Of a stretch of 64,000 bases of DNA, positions 45,620 to 58,900 are shown piece after piece; within the stretch, counting starts at the first letter, position 1; each line of letters opens with the position of its first letter. The translations under genes and the position numbers were made by a program. This stretch comes from Takakia lepidozioides (Eukaryota > Plantae > Bryophyta), in assembly GCA_030704615.1 (NCBI GenBank), contig CM060733.1:16864001-16928000 (forward strand), written 5' to 3'. The notes beneath the pieces were generated by a model. It was not told where the DNA came from. It was given only the letters and a program-made list of their open reading frames with translations, and ran no database searches.

Positions 45620-48600
45620 ACCTGGCTCTCGGTGGTGTCAATCGGTTGCTGAAGGTGTCCTCCTGGTTGCCCCAGATTCCCTGACCTGCACACAGAGTTT
45701 CGAACACACCAACAAATAGTTATTAGTTCACACTGACAACGGCAGAAAAGAGAAGAACTTAAAAAAATTGATTCCAGCCGCAAATTATGGTGTCACTTCA
45801 CCCCGAAGGATTACTGCCTGCCGTTTTGAAGTTGGGAACTGGGGCAATGCAGTTGCCCAAACCTCTCCCAAGGACTTGAACGTCCGCAGGTAGGTGTCAG
45901 GTGACCAGTTGACCCAACAATCCCCTTTCTATAGCTAGATTGGCAATGGTGGGTGACATCCAACAGGCTTTGAACCCATGGCTGCTTGTAAGGCGGCCTT
46001 GTGCCCTAACCACTGGGCCAATGGAGCATATAATGACAAGCCACCACTGGACAGCTCTGAGACGGGAATCTGACCTGCTTAATCATTATCGAGCCAACAA
46101 TAAATTAGTTTTAAGAGCTCTTTGTTGAATGATTTAAAGATTCAACCCCTCTACCCCATACAGTCCAAAAACGAAGAGCGATCATTTGCATTGCCTGATT
46201 GGTGCCATTGCAGTGTGTGCTGGAATTTCTTGTGAACAAATCAGAGGATCAACCTCTCTTTCCCACCCTCCAAAAACCAAGAGGTGTCAACTGCATTGCC
46301 TGATTGGTGCCACTGTGGCTCCAGAGGTGGCCCCTTGTTGCAGCTCAGGTGGTAAAATAGAAGCATTTCGGTCGAGTAGCCTTGTCTGCAAGTCAGTCTG
46401 ACTACCACCTCTCCTGGGCTGCCCGCTTCCTGTGCTGAATGCCAGTCCTTGTCTGCCAGTTTGAGGGGTTGCACTAGGGACCCCTAAGACCCTCCCTTGT
46501 CCTGGAAATCTCTGTAGCAATAAAAATCACTGTTGACGCACGTAAGCAGCTTAATTGCAGAACCAGAGTGTCGAAGAAAAGGTTGAGTACTTACACCTAA
46601 AACTAACTTAATGGTGGAGGATCATTTCTACGCCAAACTCTGCAGATAAGGCACCTAGGATGTCTGTTGCAAGTGACAGTAGATTGGGACTACCAAGCTA
46701 CTACGCAATCTAAGTCTTTCATAAGAAATTGCTGAGACTGCAGGCTCGCTCAGACTTTAGCAAATCTCTGCAAATTGCTGACCAGCCTTCACCGAGAACA
46801 TAGTCACATGTCACCAGGATCAAGTCATAATCCTTGCATTGGGATCTGAATGCTCCCACCTCACAGTAAGTTTGTCAAGTTCAGCGCCATATGTATTTCA
46901 AGACACGCCCCCAAATCTATGCATGTGTGTCCTCTCACAAGAGTCAGATCACATACACCCCTCCTAATGTCTGATCATACAAGTCAAATCCGAAAGAGGT
47001 GGTGTTGTCCATAAAGAGCTCCAGGTTGCAGCGAACCTCATCTATTGGAGGCTCCCGAGGTTGTGGCATCCATGATTGCAAGCTGCCCACTGCCCTCCCA
47101 AACACTGGGCCACCGGCACTGCTGCCCATGTAAACAAATGCTCAGTTAAACTTGAGATAGATTGCCATCCACCGTATCACAACCTTCCCTTTCCTCTAAT
47201 CTTGAGAAAGACAGTCACAGGGACACAGACGACTTCACATGACAGCTATGCTGTGAGGACAGATGATCTTGACTCAGTTTGATTAGTCAAAATTCAGTAC
47301 ATAAAATATACAACGGGTACGGAATATACCTGGGTAATGAATATGAAGGAAGAGAAAGAGAAGTGCCAGTGCCGCCTCCAACAATGAAACCGGGTCTCCT
47401 TGCAAGTGGTGCCTGTTAGATTACCGACCTCGGCTATAAGACTGGGAATGCCTCCACCTAGAATTCCCCCCTCGTCTACTTCCGCTTCCTCCTCTTTCCG
47501 TTTTCCTTCTACAACGCCCCAGGAAATGCAACAAGGCCTATGTGCACATAGGCAGTTGGCAGCTCGCCAACTCATTTCCGGTTCTAGGAAAACATTGGAA
47601 AAGAGGCAAACTACAAGATGCTGTTGGATGTTTAAGTGACCTCAATATGGCTCTTTCTAACACAACTGCTAGTATGTACGTAAGCACATGATACGATTGC
47701 ACCTCTCGACTAGTCTCAGCTGAAGCTCAGGGAAGCAGTTTGAAGCAAGCAGCTCGATGAAGCCAGCTGCTTCCTGTACTAAAACTCAGGAGCTTAGCCA
47801 TGTCATTGTACAGTTCATACATATGTGGAAGTTTCTATCTTGACTTCCCCTTCCCAAGTCAATTGAGATCAGAAATTATGAAATACCCAGGTCCTGAAAA
47901 ACTGCTTCTGCAGATTGTTCACGAACACAATCGTTCGATCTGAAGTGGTCCTGTCCTACTTCACCGCGGCTTACTTGCAATTCTCATTGCAAGATGAGCG
48001 GCAGACTGTACTGATCCTGAAATGGGTGAAGTCCCAACGAGCAAACTTTGTGAATTGAAAAATGGACAAGGAGCTAAAAAAACGAAAACTCACAAGGACT
48101 CTTGACACTTCAATGGCTGAATATTTTCCAGAAGGGAGCATCAGCATCTTGAAGATGCCAAATGTATCTGCGACCAGGGTGCACATGTGTGCATTAGCAT
48201 TACAACAAGAGCTGGACTTCCAGATCTGTCTTAAAGGAAAGATAGAATGCTAGCTAAATCTGTGATTAGTTTCATGCCGGGTTTCACGCCCTCTTTCAGG
48301 TTGCTACCCATGTCAGTTTATCTTTAGTTCCTTTCGAGGAGCTCCGGTACTGGGTGAACAAAGAACCCATATGATCACCCTGAATTTTCCCATCCACATG
48401 TGGACTTCAAACTCTCCCTCTCACCTCCAAAAAAGTGCTCGAGAAAAGGTTTGAAGCACGAAAGGGAACAGACATGCAAAGCCAGATATGATGCCGCTAA
48501 GATGACCGAGCAGTGAGGCCCTAGGCATTGTGAGCTGCAACAGTATCATGAGCACCACTGGATACCTGCACACCACATTCTAGCCTCTTGGAGTGAGAAC

Positions 48601-50782
48601 CCCAATGACAGCCTACTAGATGAGTCTTTGCAAGCTAGCGACATTTGATAGTAACCCTTCCAACAGTCAACTCAAACTGATAAGCTTTGATAGGCTAATA
48701 CCAACTTGCAAGCATATTTCTGCCCAAAGCTCCGATATCAGCAGTCTGGTGTGTGTAAGTGGTACAAAGATTCACCATCCAAGTTACGAAAACAGACCAG
48801 AAAGATTACACTTGGGTGCTTGAAGCTCTCTCCTCTCAAACAAGCATACACTTTCCCTTTCTATTGGTTAGTCTGGCCAATTTGCCAGATCATAGTAATA
48901 TAGGCTGAAACAGTGAATCATTAGGAGAATCCATACCACTTTGCTGGCACTGTGAAAAATCCAAAGACACTGCACACAAACACCACTCACTCAGTCTACC
49001 TTTGTGCTTTCTGCAGCAACAGCACCATATAAAATTCTGTAGATATAAATTGGGCCAGAAAACAGAAAGAGGCCACGCATACAGAGTGCATGGTTGACCG
49101 ATGCACTGCCCCATACCACTAGAAGGATTCCAACCATCTGTGGGACACCTAGGTAACACATGGATTTTGCATGATCTAAAACTTAAAGAGTAAAAAAAGT
49201 ACTAGCTCTTGTCGAGAAGAGCTGTAAAGTGCCATGTGACTGTGTGTGAACAGAGCGAAAAGCCAGCCATGGTGATCCAACGCTGGCCAAGCAAGAAAAA
49301 AGGCATTTTTATGGACAAGGGTAAATATAGCAAGGAAAATAGAAGTGGGCACCTGCGATTCGGGGATGCACTTAGGCTGGTTTCAATGACAACCATAGCA
49401 AAAATGATACCAGAGAAGCCAACGCCACATCCATCGAGCAGGCTCTGATACCCACGTACAGGGTTGTAGGCTGCCACATAAGCTAGCAGAATCTGAACAA
49501 GGGCATTGCTGGAGGCTAATAGAAACAGAACGTGGAGATAGCGAACAGAGCCTAGGAGCCGCTCCAGGCCACTGCCGATGGGGACCAATGCCAGCATGTT
49601 GAACACAACGTGTAAGATTGAGGCGTGAAAGAGCACTGATGTGTACGGCCTGTACACTGCATCCGTGCCCCTGGTACTCTGAGAGTTAGAATTCAAAACT
49701 TGGGGTTTACTTTCAACCAAACACCTTATCTGGTATCAGCGGGAACCTTATGAAACTAATGAAGTCCTCAATTATCATTCCATTCTGGAACACTCGCAGC
49801 GCAGGAGCCAAGCATTACGGGGATCCCATAGACAAGATCAAGTGGGCCACACCTTGCAAATGGGTAACAACAGCTGATGGCGAGAAGCAGACTTTGCTGA
49901 AGGAATCATATCCCAGTAGCAGTGTAGCAACATAAACAGCAGCACACAGCAACACCACTCCTGCTGTTACAGTTGGCACTGATGCCCACCACTGGCTTGT
50001 TTGGGTGCTCAAGTTTGCCTGCCACCCACCAACATTGGCTTGCTTGGTTGACAAGATGAGCCCAAATCCTCAAAATCTCAAGTCCCATAGTGTGATCAGC
50101 ACTTGGGTCAAATTCTGCTATAATATCAGGCAGACTTGTGCGGATTTGTGGACACAAACGTCCTTCATAGTGTTGGATGAGTGATTAGCATGTGGACGCA
50201 TCTTAAGTTATGAATCAACTTCCTGCACCGAGATTGTTGGAGTCTCACCCAGGTTCAAGCAAAATGAAAAAGCGTTACAGGCCAATTGTACGATATTGGT
50301 GGGAAACCAGAACATACTTAGGGTTAAGGGGAGAATTTCGATCTTCGATTTCCAAACGAAGGCCTGGGATGTTCTGCTGCAGCGCACTTGTGACAATCAG
50401 TATACATTATGGCATACCTGTTGAAATTGTTTGAGGATTTGTCCGTGACAAATTAACATAGGTAAGCATTTCAGTGTGACGTGCGGGAACTCTACTTCCA
50501 ACGTGCGTCTGAAGGGGTGCCGAGGCTAATGTCTCCAGAAGCTTTGATCCTAGTTCCCACATCTTGCTGAATTTCATCGACAAGTCTTCAGGCTTGCAGG
50601 ACAATGTTACGTAACTCCGACCAATCCAGGCTTTCCCAGACTCAGAATACTGGAAAGGACATGTGCCATAAAATCTCTACAGTAGTAACAGGGAACCATT
50701 TACTTAGATGAGGCAAAATGCCATGGGAAGTGAGAGAAAGCGAGGGGGAGAAGGCATGAACCTCTGTGACAACGTTCCTCAT
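45620..50782 (-). CDS. RBL15: Rhomboid-like intramembrane serine protease, RBL15/RHBDL4 type. Exons 50762-50782, 49853-50018, 49353-49656, 48937-48969, 48474-48565, 48094-48167, 47330-47412, about 47037-47123, about 46280-46513 and about 45620-45686; the 3' end is uncertain
   Basis: MRNVVTEANLSTQTSQWW, LFHASILHVVFNMLALVPIGSGLER, catalytic GFSG, SLLGHLSGI and the SHP-box-like RFPGQGRVLG. GT-AG introns. Confidence 0.88.
45765..46028 (-). mobile_element. tRNA-headed SINE in an RBL15 intron
   Basis: The minus strand has the A box TGGCCCAGTGGTT and B box GGTTCAAAGCC, followed by a body ending in the shared ccttcggggtgaagtgacaccataattt module. Confidence 0.65.
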
Positions 50783-51427
50783 ATCCTCGGCCGCCTCCTC
50801 CCCCGCCAGCTTGGCTTGCTACCTTTGCAGAAGATGGAAACTGGGAGGGACACACCCGCGCCCAACAAATACTAATAAATCACACACACACCCACCGACA
50901 CTCTCCTTGTGAGCACATTGAAAGCATAACACCATCACCAATCTGGCAACCGTGAAAGCTAGAAAGAGGAACTACAGGAGCTAATTCATGGCCGCCTGCG
51001 CTCTCGTTCAACACTACTGAGAATCCAACCACCCAAGAGCTGCAATTTGCAGGACCCATCAACGGATTGCTCACGATGTCACTCAAAACGTGAATTAAGA
51101 AAAGCTGGCGCTGTTTCTTGGCTTGGTAGTTCCAAGACCGCAGCCCATTTGGTGGTCCACTGGCACGTGGCTACATTGAGGCCGGAGATCTGCAATGCAA
51201 CCGCCTGCGCCGGTGGTTGTGCGTTATCGCATCTCTGTGCTTAAGAAACACCGGACTAGATTCGGACTTGCGGATAGAGAGAGGGAGAGAAGAAGAGAGA
51301 TTGCGGAACCCAGTTGGAGGAAAGGAGCAAGAGTACAGCTTTTGTCGCAAGAAGGTTTGGGGGAAGAGATAAGGAGTTGGGTTATCACAGGATTGATACT
51401 ATCATATAACAAGCGGGGCCAGGGGGG

Positions 51428-53279
51428 ATGGTGTTCTCACAGGTGGTGTCTGGTAGTGCTGCTGGAGCAGAGCTGGTGCAATTACCTCGCTTCCAGGATT
51501 TCCACACCGCACATCCACATAGGGGGAAAAACCGCAGTGTGATAAGGCTGGCCAGCAGCAACAGGAATCAAATTACATGGAGGTGGCAGCAACGATGTCT
51601 GGGGCAGCGAAGGATTGAAGAGAGGGGAAGGAGGAGGGGGGCGGTAGGGCCACAATGCAAGGCGCCCAGCATTGGAGAAAAGGAATTTCATGAGGTTGTG
51701 ATCAATTCGGATCTGCCCGTGCTGGTGGACTTCTGGGCAGGTTGGTGTGGCCCTTGCAAGCTCGTTGCGCCTCTCATGGACTGGGCTGAGAAGGTCACCC
51801 ACTCTGCCCTATCTGTGTCTATTTGACCTGAGCACAATTTACAAGAACAACATTTTGAACCTGTATCCTGGGCTGCAAAGCTAGCATCATAGCTTTTAAG
51901 GACGTCTCTCTGCCTCTTTTCTCTATCTGTTGCCAGAAAAGCCACAGCATTTGTTGTCGTTTTTAAAGAAATGACAGTTGTGGTGCTACCGTGACAATCT
52001 TTGTCAAAATCTGGAAGGCGGCAATCCACTTTAGTTTCGGAGGGAATTCCCAGTTGGAGCAAGACTGCAGCAATAGTAGTGGGTACCATTTGGCTCTTTT
52101 TTCTGCTCCTTGCAAACCAGGTGCAGGGTAGCTCTATCTTTGACTGTGCTTCCTGAGAGCTGGAAGTTATCACTATGAGGGTGTTAATAATGCAAGTGTA
52201 GCTGGGCTGCCCAATTTGAGCAACTCTGTAGTATGTGGTTGCTTCATCTTTCAGCCTGCTTGTTGTCGATTCCTACTGTTTTCATCTTAACGAGGGCTTT
52301 TGAGGGTGCAATCTCTCCCACAACGCAAGAGTGAGGAGCAGAGATGCACCCTAATTCATGAAAATAGTACCCCAGCATTCCAGTTTGGAGGGATAAAGAA
52401 AGAGCTTCACTACTTATCACTGTCTCAATCATACAGTGGTTTTGATGCCAGAAGGGATGACCCAGTGTGTTTCAGGTCAAGAAGGGACAGACATTCAATG
52501 CATTTCACCCTAACCTAATGAGAGCTTGAGTCTTCTGGTCAGCTCCTGGTTCTTTATGGCATAGACCTCTCAGTAGTACTCAAGTTTACAATATATAAGA
52601 AAAGGCCCAGGCCCTCCTGATGCCTAGTTTTTGGGCAAATCACACACAGCAGATTGATGCTTGTGTGAAGGGATTTCTAGAGGATATCTGGAAACCCGGA
52701 TTAATTCTATATATGAAGGCAAGTCTTACTACCAACGTCAGCCCCTGACAGAGGTAGGTTCTGTCCCTTTTGTTTCCGCTCAAACTGGGCGCGGGGTCAA
52801 TGCCACAAGGCTACGGCAAACAATGTCTTATGAGTACAATATATAAGAAAGGCTAAACAATTTAGTGGAAAATAATGGTTGCCCCCTAAATTTGAGTAGA
52901 TACCTTGTGCATTGCTCATTGGGGATGTGCCTGCCTTTGGCAAGTTCGTCCTGGTGATATAACCAATGGGATGTATGAACATTATGAGGAGAATTGCTGC
53001 TAGAATCTAGTTCGTTGTTGACCATGGTTGTGGATGCTTTGCCGACTGTCTGTGGTTTCCTTATGCTGGCAGGAGTACCATGGAAAGTTAAAGGTCGTGA
53101 AGATAGAGACGGACCACAATCAACATCTGGTGGAGGCGTATAAAGTCTACGGCTTGCCCACCCTTCTTTTGTTTCAAGGAGGAGAAGTGGTCCCTGGCAG
53201 CCGGCGAGAAGGGGCCATCTCAAAAGCCAAGTTGAAAAATTTCTTGAGTGAAATACTTCCAGCACTTGCAGCTACTTGA
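51428..53279 (+). CDS. TRX-X: Chloroplast thioredoxin x; exons 51428-51793 and 53073-53279
   Basis: Transit-like N-terminus, [17 protein letters not shown] active site, and the x-type C-terminus [31 protein letters not shown]. Confidence 0.92.
52600..52845 (+). mobile_element. Copy of the LINE-like 3' fragment family in the TRX-x intron
   Basis: Reverse-complement match to the units at 13728-14772. Confidence 0.65.
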
Positions 53280-53719
53280 ACCAACTTGGGTGTTGCCTAG
53301 TTTTTATTGGTCCTATGCAATTCCTGTATAATGATATTTGTCCAGAATGCTGTTCTCGCACTTGCAGCACCAATGCTGTCCCAAGGCTGAGCTCTTCTCT
53401 TTCCTCAAGCTCTCTGCTCTTACTTTCACATTGTTACAAGCATCAGTCAGGTCATGGGAATAACAAGATTTCTCTCTTGCAGTTTGCAAGCCACAACAGA
53501 TTGCGTAATTCAATTTAGTGTAAGATACAGTTGCAAGCTGTGCAGTCTTGTCTCTTGATTGTACGAATCACTTGAACAAAATACTTAGATGGTTCACTCT
53601 TGAAAGAAATCCAAGCTAAAATGTTACTTGCTTACAAGCTATAATGTGGTTTCACTTGTAATGCCACCCTGAGATCAGCTTCCCCCAAGGCAAATCAACA
53701 CAACCTACTTTTATGCAGC

Positions 53720-54560
53720 CCTTCACAACAGTTGCAAATCCTGTTGTTTGCTGAATACAATCTGGTTTCTCAATTGTAAAATATGTTCCTCATCAGTGCC
53801 TTGAGATCTTTGAAAATTGAAGAGCCGGGTGACCAGACTGCCGCAAAAAACCAGACAGCGCCCAGTAATACCTGATTTAAAATTAGAGCCCGACCTGAGA
53901 GAGAGCATTGCTCCTAAAAGCAAGCTTATGGAGGTTAGCAAGTAAAGACTGGATACTACTATGATCAGAAAGATCATGAACAATCAGATTCCCTAGGAAG
54001 GAGTGCAACCCTCCAGGCTGCAACCAGTTAAGACCCACGGATTGACCCCAAGAGAAAGGGGAACAGGGGATGACTTTAGAGAGCAGCCCAACGTACTTGG
54101 ACCAATTAACCCGCAGCCCCTTTGCATCTGGGAAAAGAATAAGGCCTCACAAGCACGAGAGAGATTTTCCCAACAAGAATTATTCAACAGGCGGACATGG
54201 AGACCTTTATGTTACAGCAACCATCAGGGAAATTGACCCTCCATCAATGTCTTGCCTGCTGCCCCAGTGTAGCTGCAGCAACGAGAAATAAGAAGGCAAT
54301 TAACACGCATCCTTGCCTTACTGAGCTCTCAAAGGGGAAGGATCTAGAAACAATACCATTTACTATCACCTGGATAATACCACTATCGAAGACCCTTTCA
54401 CAGTCCAGCATTTGGAAAGCAAGATTCTGGCTGGAGATTCCACATGGCTCAGGGCCGGCCTCATGAGCAAACAGAATGTTATCTAAAACCATTCTGCTTT
54501 TTTTAAATCCCGTCTGCTCAGACCTATTTTGGGAAGAAGGCATGATTGACCTCACTACTC
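53720..54560 (-). mobile_element. Degenerate L1/Tx1-type LINE reverse transcriptase fragment
   Basis: EQTGF..SR.VLDNILFAHE, VIVNG..SRSFPFESSVRQGC..LFL, and KYVG. Confidence 0.7.
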
Positions 54561-54756
54561 ACTACAGCCAAGGCCTTCTCAATGATTTTGCAGGAGGAAA
54601 CATAAGGATAACAGGATATGAGTCTGAAGGCGGAACGAGGGACAAGCAGGCAGCAGCGGGGGAGACTGGGCCCCCCCTTCGGACCAAGTCCAACCCAATT
54701 CTCAAACTAGTGAATTCCACCACAAGTGAATCCCACAGACCTTGCCGTTATTAGGG

Positions 54757-54903
54757 CAACGTGGCAGCCTCTGACCTCAGATAAGGGGGTCCAGGCGCCG
54801 GGGGGACGCCACGTGGATTTTGGAACAGTGCCAAGTCGTCAAATCCGCCACGTGCTCCATCTGGGTGGTTTGGACGGTGGACGTGGCGAAGTTACTATAA
54901 AAG
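54757..54903 (+). promoter_or_regulatory. G-box/ABRE cluster and TATA-like box upstream of the SAM-PH gene
   Basis: Four ACGTG cores (caacgtggc, gccacgtgg, gccacgtgc, ggacgtggc) within about 135 bp, then CTATAAAAG and a GA-rich leader. Confidence 0.5.
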
Positions 54904-55943
54904 TCACTAGTCACTACGCAGACACGAGGCCCCGGTGTCCGGTCACGAGTCACGAGTTTACCGGTTGCTGACCAGCAGCCTACTTACTAGTAACTTACGA
55001 CTCTGTCTGCGAGAAGAAGAGAAGAGAGAGCGAGGGAGACGAAGCAGCGCAGGGCAGCAAGCCACAGCGTCGCTTAGGTTTGCTCCATTGCCACTCCTCT
55101 TTCTGCGGATTTCTCTTTGTATTCTTGTCTCGGTTTCGGGTTCTTACGATGCCGTTTAGTGTCTTTGTTGCTGGGGTTTCAGGAAATTAGATATTGAGCA
55201 TATTGTGCGCAGGGTGGACTTTTTCTTGTTTCCGATCCTGTAATTGGGGGAGGAAGGGAGGGAGGGGGGGAAGGGGGGGAGGGATGTCGTGCTATGTGTT
55301 AGTGCTGTAATTGTCTTACTGGGATGGAGGTTCTGCCTATAACGCCACACAATGGTTTGAGGCTTTTGTGGTGGTGTGAACACGCACTGAAGGTGTCTTT
55401 ATCGATGCTTTGTTGTTCAGGAAGTGGGGTTGAACGTAATCTCTGTTCGCTGGAATTTAGGCCATTCAGATATAAATTTCTTAGTACAAAGAACGTACGT
55501 TTAAATAGGACTTGGCGGGGCAGTAGGAGCTTGAATAGTTACTGAATATGGGGCGTACCTTGCAGCTGAAAGGAGCATTCGTTCTACTGCACTTCAAAAG
55601 AATTGGTTTGAATCTGTTTAAATGTCACCAGGAATGACGTCAGCATGGTCAGGGAGGGACCGCAGGAGTTACAGTCTGCTTGAAATCCGAATTGCAAGTA
55701 GTATATTTATCTGTTCTACAAAGAGTTCCAGTGGAAAACTACTGGAAGGAAGATAATATGATCCTCGGGGACTGGCTGGTCACCCTGAAGGTGGGGATTC
55801 TGGCAAGTTCAACAGGAGCTTCATGTCTCTAATCAATTTTCCTCTTCTCTGTCATCTGACTGGGGATCTATTGTACGACAAAGTGCACTAGTTGTGAATT
55901 TATATGCCAACTTGTGAAGCCCCTTTAAAGTAGGAAGTGCACG

Positions 55944-58900
55944 ATGGCAGGGATGTCTGAGATCTTGGATCCATTACAATTTGTCGAACCAGAGTTCCTG
56001 TTGGAGGACCCATTTGCTGCTGAGGAGGGAGCTAGAACACTCCCGTCACCATCCGCTGACCGAACTTGTGATGTGCTGCTTTGGTCGCTAGAGCAAGTTA
56101 GAAGTTGGTTGGAGCATAGTGTGCCTTTCGAATATGCTCGTTTGCAAGGTGGTATTTTTGGCTTTGCTGCAGCATTTTAATTTAATTGCCAGAAGATAGT
56201 CATGGAGTGGCCTATGCTTCTGGTTTTGTTCGTTCAGGTTCATGCAGATCAGACAGTGGTCAAGCCCTTTTGCTATATGTTCACATGAGAAAGTAAAAGT
56301 TCGTAGGGTTCAACACAATACTGGCTGCTGAGCATACAGCTTGTTGATATGGCTGCTATTGGGTTGAGTATGCCATGTAGAGCGCTGCTGGCTTTCCACT
56401 GTTGGAGCCCATGGGAAAGTCTGTTGTTCCTCACTAGTTGGGATAGCTGTCAGTGGAGACGTTCTTGGACTACCATATTTCTTCAAAACCAGACAATCAT
56501 TAGTGGGAGGTGTGGTGTCTGTTGCTATCTCTCTTCTACATGCATTATCTCAGTTTGATTCATAGATCCTTCAGGGGTAGTTTTTTATACCTTCGGGGTC
56601 GATTGGATCAGGACAAACATTGTCTGTACATTTAGAAAAGTAACTCTACCACTGGAGGTGGTTCCATTGGTATCTTTGGTCAGCTATAAACTGTCACAAG
56701 AGGGGAGGGTTTGGTAATGATGTCTGTTCACTGCTGCTGAGTCTGTATTTGTCTCTCTGTTTGGGCAGAGTTGGCGCATGTGTTTTATAAGGAAGGTGTC
56801 GATGGCTTGAGCCTGCTGACACTGCAGCGTAGCCACCGTGCCTGTGTTGGAATGAGTGATTCTGAATGGCTCCTACTTAAGGTTTGTGTCTGCTGGCTTG
56901 CATCGTTAGCCCAGCTCCAGCTCTCAGTTAGTTCCTTAAGTTGTCTGGCGTTACACCAGATGGGATTCACTATATCCTGATTGGTACTAGACCTGAAAAT
57001 TGTATTACTTTCAAATCTTAGTGTAACTGAGTGTGTCACTGACTTTTCCTTGTGCATTTTGTTGCGCTTTAAGATCATCAGGACCAACCGGCATTACCAG
57101 TCTACAGTGTCTCTGAAGAGATGACAATGAAATTGGCCAGGCTGGCAGAGATGTATTAATGAACGGTGGATGGATGCGGGTGGCAGGCAGCAAGAAGGTG
57201 GCTCATGGCCCGGGGCAATAGGCCCTCGACCCCTCCCTTGAAAGCAATCACAGCTCAAAATACTTCCCTCATGACACCCCCTAGTACACCACCAAGCACC
57301 AGGTATATTGTGCAAATGGCCTTTTTGCAGTCAGCATTGTCATTACAGTCTGTAGAACCAACTTGGTGCAAAAATCAATAATCCACAGCACCTTCAGTTT
57401 GCTATAGAGGCTAATCTGTAACGTCTGCTACAAAAAAATAGCAGCTTTTTATATATAAATGACCTTGTTTTTCTTCATCATGTTACATGGGCTTTCACTG
57501 CCTCTGCTTCTGTTGCTGTCTGCTCTCCATCACCTGCTTTAAGGCATGCGTTGCATGCATGCTGACAGTTGGAAGGCAGTTGTGCAGTGTCTGGAGCCTA
57601 GTTTAACCTTGTCATTGGACAGGACATCGGTTTGAATTTACTGAGAAGTCACCTTTGGTGTCTGAGTAATATGTTTCCCTTGGCACTCACAGTGGTTTTG
57701 TCAGTGGAACCTTTAGGTCAGCTGATATGTTTTGTCTGTCTTTGAATAACAGTGGCGGGAGCATAAGTAAGAGTCAAGAGAGGCCAGCACTGCTATCCCC
57801 TCGAAAGCAGTGGAGTATCCCAAGCCTGAAATGGGTCTCTGCAAAAGATGAGCAGGTTGGCATACCATGGTATGACATTGCCTGCTGGTTTGTTTTTCTT
57901 TCATAATGAACTTGGTATCCAATCTGCCAACTCAACATATGCCACTTTGCTCCCCAATGTCTTACTCATATATCATGTAGATTGTGTCCATGTGGATGGG
58001 CGTGAAGATGAGCTCCTTCCTTTTCCTGTGCAGTTAGAGGCTTTGGAAAGGGAAGTGCAGTCGTTGCGAGGAGAAATTGTGAGTTCAGAGGAGAGGGAGA
58101 CCACACTTCAAGCTCAGTATGTCCATTCCTTTCCTCCACTCCCTCTCACACAAGACTTTGACAAGCACCTTCTGCAACTGTTCAGTGTGGAAAAATCCAC
58201 ATCTTGAGATAAGAGTGTGCACCACTTAATAGGGGGTTGACTAAGAGTTATGATGTCGTTGTCAAACAGAGTGGACCATGTTGATGTAGTGCTTCGGACT
58301 GCGCAGCTTGCAGGCTACCTTGAAACACGTATGGTGAGTTCTACTTCTAATGCAAACATAGTTATTGAAAGACTCATCTTTTTGGTTATAGGCAGTTTCA
58401 CGAGTACCACAAAATGCACCACAGTTTGGAAAACTGGACCCCCCTGTTATTTTGGTGGTGGGTTTTACAGCCATAGGGCACTCAACATGAGCGAATTACC
58501 AAGGAGGACAGACCGTAGAGTCAATCAAGGATTAAAATTCTCTTGGGTGCCCATCAGTGTGGGGGTCTTTGGCAGAACTACTCACAGAGGGGAGGGAGAG
58601 TTGGTTTAATAGCACAGTGCTACTTGCATGATGAGATTGGAAACATTAAAGTTCAATCTAAGGGAGCCCCTGTTACAAGTTGCCTCAAAATCCGACACCA
58701 CCACCCTACATCTTGGAGAGCAATGTGGAGTGATGCATTTGATATCCAGCTTAAAGCAGGAGCCCTGAACTTATAGGTGGAGGCCTGATGTCTTGGGCAG
58801 AGATGGAAGGCTTTGCCAGGCGAACCACCAGTTGACGAGACCGACGTCGATGATTGGGTGCTCCGGTTTCTTGTGTTGCGTGGCTCCTCTATCTGTTTCT

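Noticed and set aside
45775-45900. U1 or other snRNA (Sm-like CATAATTTG, CATTGC)
   Set aside because: It lacks the ATACTTACCTG 5' end and the terminal stem-loop, and is better explained as a SINE tail.
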